From a virus (lineage: Duplodnaviria > Caudoviricetes): a stretch of DNA of 25,857 nt. Under the pieces are notes generated by a model. The model saw only the letters and a list, made by a program, of their open reading frames with translations. It was not told the origin of the DNA and ran no database searches. Made by a program: the position numbers and the translations under genes. The DNA is taken from IMG/VR virus record IMGVR_UViG_3300029448_000378, positions 1-25,857 of that record; one strand, 5' to 3'. Shown here in pieces: positions 1 to 8,190 of this stretch; within the stretch, counting starts at the first letter, position 1; the number at the start of each line of letters is the position of its first letter.

Positions 1-25
1 CTGTAACTACAATATGAAAAAGCTA

Positions 26-442
26 CTAGAACGGAATGTCTTCATCGTTTGCGGCTGCAACAGGTGCTGATGGTGCATCGCTGCCGCCACTAGCCTTACC
101 GCCCATGCGGAATGTTGAGCCAGCACCTGCAAGCTTGATCTTGAATGAGCGTTGCTTATGCCCATCCTTCTCGTACTCTTCGATGATTGGCATACCCTGA
201 ACGAATACAGTAGTACCCTGGCCGACATACTTCTCAATGACGTTAGACACGAGGCCTTTGCCATTGCTGCCGTCCCAAGCCTCACAGCGATACCAGTGGG
301 TATTCTCCACTTTCTCGCCTGACTTGTTGGTATAGGATTCGTTGACAGCGACTGAGAAGTTAGCGACTTTTGTGCCGTTAACGTCCCGAATCTCTGGGGC
401 TGAACCTACATTACCGGAAACTGTGATTTGTGCGAAATTCAT
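26..442 (-). CDS. ssb: single-stranded DNA-binding protein
   Basis: OB-fold SSB motifs (ITVSGNVGSAPEIR, VANFSVAVNE, THWYRCEAW, VFVQG) and acidic C-terminal tip DEDIPF. Start moved to ATG at 442 because AAGGAG lies just upstream (449-454). Confidence 0.95.
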   Translation of the reverse strand: MNFAQITVSGNVGSAPEIRDVNGTKVANFSVAVNESYTNKSGEKVENTHWYRCEAWDGSNGKGLVSNVIEKYVGQGTTVFVQGMPIIEEYEKDGHKQRSFKIKLAGAGSTFRMGGKASGGSDAPSAPVAAANDEDIPF

Positions 443-563
443 GCTTTTCTCCTTTGCGTCTGCATGATTGGGTTGAGGCATCACGTCTAGCCTCTGTCAC
501 TGCATTGCGTCCCTCCAAGGTGGGCAACAGTGTCTTCCGACTCCGTGTATTGTTGGGACGGAA

Positions 564-848
564 TTAACGAGCAGGCATTTCTACCCACTGATACTTGTAT
601 TTAAACCATTTAGGCTTTTTGTAACCTATCAACCGCTTCGCTGTAAGCAAAGTCAGTGAGATGACACAGCCACCAATGACTGCTGCCATCATGCCAGCGA
701 AGGTGCCAGCAAACATAGCAACGAGCAGAATAGTAGAGGCAATGTCAATTGGGATGTCAAGCCAAAGAACTTTTTTGAAGTCGAATTTGGCTAGTAAAAA
801 CAGGATTGCTAGTGCGGAAAATATTCCAGCTATAACATAAAATATCAT
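564..848 (-). CDS. small membrane protein, about 3 hydrophobic segments, basic C-terminus
   Basis: 94-aa ORF with GGAG RBS; hydrophobic stretches followed by a K/R/W-rich tail. Confidence 0.8.
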   Translation of the reverse strand: MIFYVIAGIFSALAILFLLAKFDFKKVLWLDIPIDIASTILLVAMFAGTFAGMMAAVIGGCVISLTLLTAKRLIGYKKPKWFKYKYQWVEMPAR

Positions 849-865
849 GGCGAAATCTCCATTGA

Positions 866-1060
866 CTATTTGGTGTAAACCATTTTTATTGAAGAATGGT
901 GGGGGGTGGTCATAGTCTTCTCTATAATTCTGAGATGATCTTTCATTCTATTTGTTGTGTTTGATGTAATCTCTTTGGCTTCTGTTAGGGATGTAATCCA
1001 GTCGCTGACATCTTTCCATCCTCTTTCGTTATGAGATTGTACTTTATATAATTTCTTCAT
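866..1060 (-). CDS. hypothetical protein
   Basis: 64-aa ORF, co-oriented, fills the gap between neighbours; only a weak GGAAAG RBS. Confidence 0.55.
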   Translation of the reverse strand: MKKLYKVQSHNERGWKDVSDWITSLTEAKEITSNTTNRMKDHLRIIEKTMTTPHHSSIKMVYTK

Positions 1061-1102
1061 TGGCTTTCCAGTCTGAGGCGTTTAAAAGCTGTTGCCGGAA
1101 AC

Positions 1103-1138
1103 AAAAAAATGTAGGGAAGGGCCGCAGCCCCACCCTAT
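1103..1138 (-). terminator. intrinsic (Rho-independent) terminator
   Basis: Minus strand reads ATAGGGTGGGGC-TGCG-GCCCTTCCCTAC then ATTTTTTT, a few nt after the stop at 1145. Confidence 0.8.
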
Positions 1139-1144
1139 CAGTTG

Positions 1145-1759
1145 TTATGTGTTTGATGCAAAGCTGTCATCTCTCGGCATCTCTACCATGCCAGCATCAC
1201 GAGCATATGACCAGAAGTCCTGCTTGTTGGCTTGATACTGCTCCATGGTAAGCTGACCCTTGCGGAAGTTGACACGCTTGACACGAGACATCTCGTCAGC
1301 GGGTATGTACTGTCCCCAGTTCATTCCGGTCTTGCCGATAACCTCGGTGCGTACCTTATGCCGCATGATCTTGTAAGCATGGTTAGCAATCCAATACTGT
1401 TGGCGAAGCAGCTCGATCTTGTCCTCAAGATTCTCAACCTTGTTGCCAGTAATCTCAATGCCAACATCGTCACGCTTCATATCACGAAGCTCACGTCTGG
1501 CCTGTGTGCCAGCAGCTACAATGTTGTGTGTGATCTTCTCGAATGTACGAGTGAACTGATCTGCCAGCTTGCACTGTAGGATAACCTCGGGGCCATCCTC
1601 AAACATGTCGATCAGAGCGTGCATTCTACGCTTGAACTCTGCATCCCATTGGGCTTGCTTGTCGTCATCCATTCTTGCGTCTGCTTGCAAGTTGCGAGCT
1701 ACACGATCAAGAGCTTCAGTTGTCAGGTCGTTCATAATTACATATTGTGTATCAGTCAT
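1145..1759 (-). CDS. hypothetical helical/coiled-coil protein (204 aa)
   Basis: Long ORF; GGAGG RBS upstream of ATG at 1759; overlaps the end of the upstream gene. Confidence 0.85.
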   Translation of the reverse strand: MTDTQYVIMNDLTTEALDRVARNLQADARMDDDKQAQWDAEFKRRMHALIDMFEDGPEVILQCKLADQFTRTFEKITHNIVAAGTQARRELRDMKRDDVGIEITGNKVENLEDKIELLRQQYWIANHAYKIMRHKVRTEVIGKTGMNWGQYIPADEMSRVKRVNFRKGQLTMEQYQANKQDFWSYARDAGMVEMPRDDSFASNT

Positions 1760-1937
1760 TGTCACCTCCGTTTTGATATGCGATGCGTTTGATGTCAGCA
1801 GTCATGCTCATAATATTGTCGAAGCATTCACCTGCTTCAGTTCTTCTATTCATTGTTGCATGTTCTCCAAGTTGGCTTAACTCGGTACGAATATCATCTG
1901 CCAATGTGCAAAGCTCTCTAGCTGTTTCCATCTTCAT
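1752..1937 (-). CDS. hypothetical protein (61 aa)
   Basis: GAGGTG RBS upstream of ATG at 1937; operon-like overlap with the next gene. Confidence 0.75.
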   Translation of the reverse strand: MKMETARELCTLADDIRTELSQLGEHATMNRRTEAGECFDNIMSMTADIKRIAYQNGGDND

Positions 1938-1961
1938 ATCATTCACCTCACGTTATGTTAT

Positions 1962-1984
1962 GGGGTAGACCCTATGCCTACCCC
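1962..1984 (-). other. intergenic stem-loop (mRNA processing/stability element or weak terminator)
   Basis: Minus strand GGGGTAGGC-ATAGG-GTCTACCCC forms 9 bp with one G-U pair; no U-tract follows. Confidence 0.55.
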
Positions 1985-1997
1985 GATTATATTTGGC

Positions 1998-2162
1998 TTA
2001 CTGTAGATCTAAGTCAGTGTCATGCTGTAGATCAATAAGCTGTGTTGCTCGTTGCAAGTCACCTGATACAAGAGCTTGCATAATCTCATGTTGTGCTGGC
2101 GAGATAGTAATCTCTTGGTTAGTTGTTGATGTTGTAATATCGAAAAGATCTAGTTGTAACAT
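1998..2162 (-). CDS. hypothetical protein (54 aa), first gene of the leftward operon
   Basis: GAGGT RBS directly upstream of ATG at 2162 (MLQLDLF...). Confidence 0.7.
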   Translation of the reverse strand: MLQLDLFDITTSTTNQEITISPAQHEIMQALVSGDLQRATQLIDLQHDTDLDLQ

Positions 2163-2257
2163 GATTACCTCGTTAGTTATGGTTAACACAGACACAGGAT
2201 TGTTCTGCGTTGTTCTTGCCGACACCTAACACACGAAAGAGGATGTCAAGTTCCGAA

Positions 2258-2747
2258 GGGGTGCAAACCCCCTTGTCAAAATGGATTTTCGATAAAAAAA
2301 CATGTCACTCGTAAGAGTGACTTAATAATAACAAATTCGGATTTTGATTCGGATCTTTACAAAGATTCAAAAAAGCATGCGCAGCTTAATTAAAAGTATC
2401 TGTTCCTCGCTTGCTTTAGCAATTTGTGTGTTACCCTTTAGGGATAATTGAACGACGTAGGGCCAATCATGTGTGTGTGTGCTCACATAGAGATGAGTCC
2501 TGTGGAGTGCGCTGACCGTCTCAGCGGTCAGTGTAATCACAGCGAAGAACGGAATGAAGGTATGACTCGCTAGTTGTGATGCGACAAAGCAGCTTTGCTG
2601 TGCCGAGCAACACTTATCTAGCAATGCCCGAACAAGGGCATTAGCGGTATCTGCGACACACTCAAGCTGCACTTCGGAAAAGATCGTTCACCTCGCAAGA
2701 GCGAACGATATTTGTAGGGTGCTAATAGCGTGATTACAATGGGATAC
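2258..2747 (+). other. hairpin-dense non-coding element (candidate ncRNA, origin or ssDNA structure)
   Basis: At least 10 inverted repeats; three GNRA tetraloops and G-T wobble pairs favour the + strand; no credible ORF. Confidence 0.55.
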
Positions 2748-2752
2748 AAGAA

Positions 2753-2788
2753 GTGTATTGACAGGGTTTCGATCGTTATGTGTATAAT
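2753..2788 (+). promoter_or_regulatory. sigma70-type promoter upstream of terS
   Basis: TTGACA (2758-2763), 19-nt spacer, TATAAT (2783-2788), 30 nt before the terS ATG; preceded by GTGTA. Confidence 0.65.
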
Positions 2789-2817
2789 CTCCTCTCGTAG
2801 AGTTATGGGACACGGAA

Positions 2818-3252
2818 ATGACAAAAGCCAATAGTGAACAACAAGACAGATACAAAAGCGGTGTAGTACCAATGGAAGACATAGAGAAACACTCTCCGAC
2901 ATTGCGAACAACGCACAGTAAAGTAACTGATCCACAGGCTGATCTGGTGCATATGATCTTGCATGATGGTTGCAACCCAACAGAAGCTGCAAGTAAGCTG
3001 GGTAGGAACAAGGCTTGGGCATATAATTCCCTGAACAAACAACATGTTATCGAATATAGACAAGAACTGGCTATGAGAACATTGGGGTGGGACGCTACAC
3101 AAGCAATGGCAACAATGAGAGATTTGCTAGGAAGTAACTCACAGCACGTTAGGCTTGAAGCTGCTAGAGATCTTATGGACAGGGCAGGATTACGCAATGA
3201 TGCACCTAAAGCTCCTACGACTGCGGTACAGATTAACTTCGGAGTAGAATAG
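2818..3252 (+). CDS. terS: terminase small subunit
   Basis: HTH-like segment (GCNPTEAASKLGRNKAWAY), VRLEAARDLMDRAG helix, C-terminal beta strand VQINF; first gene of the packaging operon. Confidence 0.75.
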   Translation: MTKANSEQQDRYKSGVVPMEDIEKHSPTLRTTHSKVTDPQADLVHMILHDGCNPTEAASKLGRNKAWAYNSLNKQHVIEYRQELAMRTLGWDATQAMATMRDLLGSNSQHVRLEAARDLMDRAGLRNDAPKAPTTAVQINFGVE

Positions 3253-3401
3253 GGGGCCCCATTGAGGTTATGTGTGTCATAGAGAACGGCCTTAAAAAAC
3301 TAGCGTGTCTCTATAAAAGGGTAAACCACACACGCAATAGACTTAAATAATACGTTCTGTTAAAAATATTTTTTAACCCCAATAAGCCAAAGGAGATTGT
3401 T

Positions 3402-4172
3402 ATGGGTGAAGAGAGTGGTGGTGGAGGCCCAAGTGGTGCTTCAGTTCGTGGTCAGGTAGGCCTTACTAAGAAAGAGCAAAACCAAAGAGCAGTTGCTCAA
3501 GAAAAGGGTGGTCGTCAATCTGCTGGTGTTGCAAGAGGCAGTATGCGTGCTGGTGCTGCTCCGGCAAGAAGTTCCGGCAATTATGGTGCTATGTCTCCAG
3601 AGGATGTTGCTAATGAATCAATGGATAGATCTGTAGATCGTTTTACTACATCAACAACTGGTGCATATCGGGATCTTGATGACCGTGTTAATAAGGGGCA
3701 GATTTCAGATCGTGTGCAGAATCTTCCATCTGTTATTGGCATGGCTGCTAGAGGATTAAATAATTTTGGGAAGACGAGGGCTGCCGACATTAGGTCTCAG
3801 ATTGATGCTGGCGGTACTGCCGTTTATGATACGACAGGTCGTATTCAAGGTGTGGTAAGCACAAAAGACACGCCATTTGGTGAAAGTGAGGTTTACACTG
3901 GTGGTTCTCAGTATGATCCGACTGGTCTTGGTAAGTCTGTCAGCACTGGCGTAGGTGGTCGTGGCATTGTTATGACTGCTGGTGATATTTCAGTAGGCGA
4001 GAGAATGAGAGGCGGTGGCGATAGTGGTTCTATAGGCGGAACTAAAACTGCTGCTACTTCTACCAATGTAACTGGATCTACCACTCAACTAAGTTCTGCT
4101 GCAAGGCGTACAAGCGTAGCTGCTCTTGGTTCTGGCAGTGGTGGCGCTAATCGCAGACAGTTTATCGGTTAA
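3402..4172 (+). CDS. Gly/Ser/Thr-rich hypothetical protein, possibly virion-internal
   Basis: AAGGAG RBS; 256 aa; TAATG overlap with terL. Confidence 0.8.
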   Translation: MGEESGGGGPSGASVRGQVGLTKKEQNQRAVAQEKGGRQSAGVARGSMRAGAAPARSSGNYGAMSPEDVANESMDRSVDRFTTSTTGAYRDLDDRVNKGQISDRVQNLPSVIGMAARGLNNFGKTRAADIRSQIDAGGTAVYDTTGRIQGVVSTKDTPFGESEVYTGGSQYDPTGLGKSVSTGVGGRGIVMTAGDISVGERMRGGGDSGSIGGTKTAATSTNVTGSTTQLSSAARRTSVAALGSGSGGANRRQFIG

Positions 4173-5725
4173 TGCAGTTAGATTATAAACCGCCGGGGCC
4201 GATAGCCAAGGCGTTTATGAAGGATCGTTCTTTTGTGAGAGGCCTCAGAGGGCCAGTTGGTTCTGGTAAATCTGTGGCCTCTTGCATGGAGCTAATGAGA
4301 ATAGCCATAACGCAAAAGCCAAATCAAAGTGGCGTAAGGCGTACTAGGTTTGCAGTTATTCGTAATACCAATCCTCAACTAAAAACCACAACAATCAAAA
4401 CATGGCGTGACTGGTTTTCAGATGATATCGGTAGATTTGTCTGGTCGCCACCATATACGCATCATGTTAATTTTTCCTTGGCAGATAAGACCGTTGTTGA
4501 ATCAGAAGTCATCTTTTTGGCTTTGGATAAGCAAGAGGATATTAAGAAGCTACTGTCTCTTGAGTTAACTGCTATCTGGATAAACGAAGCTAGAGAGATA
4601 CCGAAGTCTATTGTTGATGCGTGTACTATGCGTGTTGGTCGTTTTCCCTCGATGAGAGATGGTGGCCCTACTTGGTTTGGTGTCATTATGGATACGAACT
4701 CACCTGATGAAACCCATTGGTGGGCTATTATGTCAGGCGAAGCTGCTCCTCCCGAGTATATGTCTAATGAGGAAAAGCTTCTTCTTGTTAAGCCGGATGA
4801 TTGGACTTTCTACTCGCAGCCTGGGGCTATGATCGAAGACAGGGACAGCGAGGGCAACCTGATTGGCTATTCTCACAACCCCAAAGCTGAGAACCAAGGC
4901 AACATCCAGCCAGATTACTATGACAAGATTATTCTTGGAAAAAGCTCTTTATGGGTTAATGTTTATGTCTTAAACAAATACCAAGCCTTGCTTGACGGTA
5001 AGGCTGTGTATCCAACCTTTAGGAAGGAGACTCACGTTGCGAAGTCACCCATCGAACCCATCGTCGGTAAGGAAGTTATCGTCGGCATTGACTTCGGCAG
5101 GACGCCATCGGCAATATTCGCTCAACAAACGATCTTCGGACGTTGGGCTGTTTTCCACGAAGTCATTGGACAGGATATGGGAGCTGGACGATTTGCAGAC
5201 GTACTCAAGAAAGAAATCGCAAAAAACAACTGGGAAGCTCTAGATTTTAAGTTTGTTGGTGATCCGGCTGGTAATCAGATGGCGCAGACATCGGAGAACA
5301 CTCCGTTTATGATTTTGAGGGCAGCGGGCATTACTGCATATCCGGCACCTACCAATGATACTCAAGTGAGGATTGAATCTGTCGAGTCTGTTCTTAACCG
5401 TATGACAGATGGTCATCCGTCTTTTGTTATAAGCCCTACATGCCAGACGTTAATATCTGGCTTTGAAGGTGGCTATCAGTATAAAAGAATATATCACATG
5501 GGCAGAGAGAGCTATGACGAGAAGCCTAATAAGAATAGGTTCTCTCATATACACGATGCGTTGCAGTATGCAATGCTAGGGGGCGGTGAGGGTCGTAGAG
5601 TGATTCTCGGTGGTCGTTCAGCACCATCCCCCACCACTGTTGAGAAGGCTAGCAACCCTTTTGAGCGTATGAAAGGCCGTAATAGATTAGCTAGATCACA
5701 AAAAGGACATGCTAGGGCGTTATGA
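4172..5725 (+). CDS. terL: terminase large subunit
   Basis: Walker A GPVGSGKS, Walker B IWINEARE, coupling motif DTN, RNase H-like nuclease motifs VGIDFG, GDPAG and HIHDALQY. Confidence 0.97.
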   Translation: MQLDYKPPGPIAKAFMKDRSFVRGLRGPVGSGKSVASCMELMRIAITQKPNQSGVRRTRFAVIRNTNPQLKTTTIKTWRDWFSDDIGRFVWSPPYTHHVNFSLADKTVVESEVIFLALDKQEDIKKLLSLELTAIWINEAREIPKSIVDACTMRVGRFPSMRDGGPTWFGVIMDTNSPDETHWWAIMSGEAAPPEYMSNEEKLLLVKPDDWTFYSQPGAMIEDRDSEGNLIGYSHNPKAENQGNIQPDYYDKIILGKSSLWVNVYVLNKYQALLDGKAVYPTFRKETHVAKSPIEPIVGKEVIVGIDFGRTPSAIFAQQTIFGRWAVFHEVIGQDMGAGRFADVLKKEIAKNNWEALDFKFVGDPAGNQMAQTSENTPFMILRAAGITAYPAPTNDTQVRIESVESVLNRMTDGHPSFVISPTCQTLISGFEGGYQYKRIYHMGRESYDEKPNKNRFSHIHDALQYAMLGGGEGRRVILGGRSAPSPTTVEKASNPFERMKGRNRLARSQKGHARAL

Positions 5726-6123
5726 AATGGATAATTTGCTTCAAAGAAGCCAAGAATCTAGGAATGTGGAGAATATTTACCAAACATAGACCTGATTTTG
5801 GGCATGTTTTTGCTGTTTGCTACGATCCAGAGCTAAATACATGGTATAAGTTTGAATATGCCACACAAAGATTTACATTTGAGTGGTTAAGAGAGATAGA
5901 AGCAGACTATCTGATTGCTGATTTGATGTTTAACTGCACATGTTTAGAAATAGATAGTAAAAAGAACCCTATTTATTTACCTCGTTGGCTTTATTGCGTT
6001 AGTTTTATAAAACATATTGCTGGTATTAACAAACCTTGGATATTAACGCCGTATCAGCTTTATTGTGAATTGCGTAAATCTGGTGGAAAAGACATCTTCT
6101 TAAAACCAGTAGAAGGAGATTGA
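5722..6123 (+). CDS. putative permuted papain-like (NlpC/P60 superfamily) protein
   Basis: His-before-Cys order (FGHVFAV ... YCVSFIK) plus ILTPYQLY motif; ATGA overlap with terL. Confidence 0.6.
   Translation: MKWIICFKEAKNLGMWRIFTKHRPDFGHVFAVCYDPELNTWYKFEYATQRFTFEWLREIEADYLIADLMFNCTCLEIDSKKNPIYLPRWLYCVSFIKHIAGINKPWILTPYQLYCELRKSGGKDIFLKPVEGD
6064..6098 (+). promoter_or_regulatory. candidate late promoter for the portal block
   Basis: TGTGAA-TTGCGT-N17-CATCTT, same layout as the motifs at 9219 and 21531; lies inside a CDS. Confidence 0.4.
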
Positions 6124-6125
6124 AA

Positions 6126-6356
6126 ATGGGATTTGGTAGTTCTTCACCGCCTCCTGATCCAGAGCTTGAAAAGCAAAAGGCAGAAGAAAAGGCACGACTT
6201 GAGAAAGAACGTGAGCAAGAGCGTTTGCGTAAAGTGGAAGCTGATCGTGTTCGCACATCAAATCTTGCTGGTCAACGATCTTTGCAAGAAGAGGAAGTTA
6301 AGGGCTTTGTTGGTTTTAGACGAATGGGAAAACCTTCCGGTTCATTAAGGGAATAG
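6126..6356 (+). CDS. small pre-portal virion assembly protein (T7 gp7.3-like position)
   Basis: GAAGGAG RBS; MGFG start, poly-Pro, charged coiled coil; directly before the portal. Confidence 0.75.
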   Translation: MGFGSSSPPPDPELEKQKAEEKARLEKEREQERLRKVEADRVRTSNLAGQRSLQEEEVKGFVGFRRMGKPSGSLRE

Positions 6357-6358
6357 AT

Positions 6359-7939
6359 ATGAGACATTATGAAGATACATCTCCTGCTCCTTCTGGGACT
6401 GGTGACGATAAGAAAGAGCTTGAAAGTGTAATGAATCGTTACAAGAAGGCTAAAGGTAGATGGTCTTCTTGGTCTGATATATGGGAGGAAATTTATGATT
6501 ATGTTCTTCCACATAGAGAAAGCTTCTTTCAAGAGTCGGCAGCAGCCAGACGCACAGAAAATATCTACGATGAGACTGCCGTAGTAGGATTACCTAAGTT
6601 TGCATCAAGATTGCAGCTTGGCTTTTTCCCTCCTAATGGTCGTGCTTTTAAGCTTGCCCCCGGCCCTGAGTTTCCAAAAGAATCAATTAACAAACAGCTT
6701 CTTGCAGAACTGGATAGAATTACAGAGCTTTTGCATGAGGGATTACGCAACTCTAACTTTAACGCAGAGCTTCACGAAGGATTTCAAGATTTAGGTTTAG
6801 GTACAATGAACCTTCTTGTTGAAGAGGGTCGTTTTGTTGGTGACTTGCACTTCACATCTGTACCGCCAACAAATGTTGCTCTACTAGCTGGTAACTTGGA
6901 TAGTGTATCAGGCTGGTTCCGTTGGAACAGCGAGATGGATATTACTGAGATTAAGCATCGTTATCCTGATGTTAAGTTTAACGAGAAAATGTCTGATATA
7001 CAAAGGCGTGATCCAAATCGTAAAACTAAAGTTATTGAAGCCACGATATATGATGAGAAGAATAAGTTTAAGGATGAGTACACTTATTACCTTATTTCTG
7101 AAACAGACAATCATATCCTAAAGAAACAGGTACTAAAGGGTCGTGGTAGCGTTCCTTGGATTACAACAAGATGGTCAAAGTCTGGTTTTGAGGTATGGGG
7201 TCGTGGCCCTGTTCTTCAAGCAATGCCAGCTATTAAAACATTAAACCTTACTGTTCAGCTTATTCTTGAGAATGCTGAGATGGCTATTGCTGGTTCTTAT
7301 GTTTACGATGATGACGGTGTATTTAATCCAGATAACATTACTATTCAGCCCGGAACTTTTATTCCTAGAAGCCCCGGCTCGACAATTGAAACGCTACAAA
7401 GCCCCGGTCGATTTGATGTAGCACAGCTTGTACTCGATGACATGCGCCGTAATGTTCGTAAAGCTTTGTTCATAGATGAGCTTGATACTAGACCAAATGC
7501 TAGAACACCTTTGTCAGCTACTGAGGTTTCTGAAAGGCTTGCTGATGTTGCAAGGGATATGGGTGCTGTTGCTGGTCGTATGCAGAAAGAGTTTTTGCAG
7601 CCATTAGTTGAGCGTGTCATTAAAATCTATAGTGATCAGGGACTACTTGATCTACCAAAGGTAGACGGTAGACAGCTTCGTATTGTTCCTGTTTCTCCAT
7701 TGCTAAGAGCGCAAGACCAACAGGATGTTGCAGACTTTGTGCGCTTCCAGCAAACCGTTGCTGGTACATTCGGCCCTGAGATAACACCAGCATTATATAA
7801 TCAAGAAGAAGTTATTCGTTACTTAGCCATGAAGTTTGGCGTTAAGGAAGAGCTACTTGCGGATCAACAACAAGTTCAGCAAAACGCCCAGTTAATGCAG
7901 CAATTGATGGCTGCACAACAAGGTGGGGGTATGCAGTGA
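6359..7939 (+). CDS. portal protein (T7 gp8/BPP-1-like head-tail connector)
   Basis: 526 aa; WEEIYDYVLP, RW...GEVWGRGP-like motif (RWSKSGFEVWGRGP), SATEV, EFLQPLVER, SPL and a Gln-rich C-terminus. Confidence 0.95.
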   Translation: MRHYEDTSPAPSGTGDDKKELESVMNRYKKAKGRWSSWSDIWEEIYDYVLPHRESFFQESAAARRTENIYDETAVVGLPKFASRLQLGFFPPNGRAFKLAPGPEFPKESINKQLLAELDRITELLHEGLRNSNFNAELHEGFQDLGLGTMNLLVEEGRFVGDLHFTSVPPTNVALLAGNLDSVSGWFRWNSEMDITEIKHRYPDVKFNEKMSDIQRRDPNRKTKVIEATIYDEKNKFKDEYTYYLISETDNHILKKQVLKGRGSVPWITTRWSKSGFEVWGRGPVLQAMPAIKTLNLTVQLILENAEMAIAGSYVYDDDGVFNPDNITIQPGTFIPRSPGSTIETLQSPGRFDVAQLVLDDMRRNVRKALFIDELDTRPNARTPLSATEVSERLADVARDMGAVAGRMQKEFLQPLVERVIKIYSDQGLLDLPKVDGRQLRIVPVSPLLRAQDQQDVADFVRFQQTVAGTFGPEITPALYNQEEVIRYLAMKFGVKEELLADQQQVQQNAQLMQQLMAAQQGGGMQ

Positions 7940-8190
7940 AGGAGAAGATAAATGTTTCGCCAGACGGTAGAGGATATACTAAGGAAGTCGATAAAGATCT
8001 TAATTCTAAAGCCTACGCTCTTTTTGGTTCGGGGGTTGGAAAGGATTTTTTACAATATCTGGAATCTATTTCAACGAATAACGTCCATGCTGCTGGCGCT
8101 GGAATTGAAACTTTAGCACATGCAGAAGGCAGTCGATGGATTGTTGCTATTATGAAAAAGCGTTGTGAACTTGGTAGGAAAGCAGAATAA
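7936..8190 (+). CDS. conserved small post-portal protein (Bbp19-like)
   Basis: LFGSGVGKDFLQYL and HAEGSRWIV motifs; GTGA overlap with portal. Confidence 0.7.
   Translation: MKEKINVSPDGRGYTKEVDKDLNSKAYALFGSGVGKDFLQYLESISTNNVHAAGAGIETLAHAEGSRWIVAIMKKRCELGRKAE

Noticed and set aside
2244-2279. Two minus-strand TTGACA hexamers as the leftward promoter
   Set aside because: No convincing -10 at 16-18 nt; a promoter likely exists nearby but cannot be placed.
2258-2747. CRISPR array or tRNA in the intergenic region
   Set aside because: Hairpins share no repeated sequence or regular spacing; no cloverleaf with a T-arm consensus.
2367-3197. Minus-strand ORFs 2367-2672, 2618-3022, 2688-3197 and 2803-3102
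   Set aside because: No clear RBS, atypical composition, and overlap with terS or the hairpin region; treated as shadow ORFs.
8164-8175. TGTGAACTT resembling the late promoter motif
   Set aside because: Mismatch in the core, no -10-like box at 17 nt, and explained by Cys-Glu-Leu codons.
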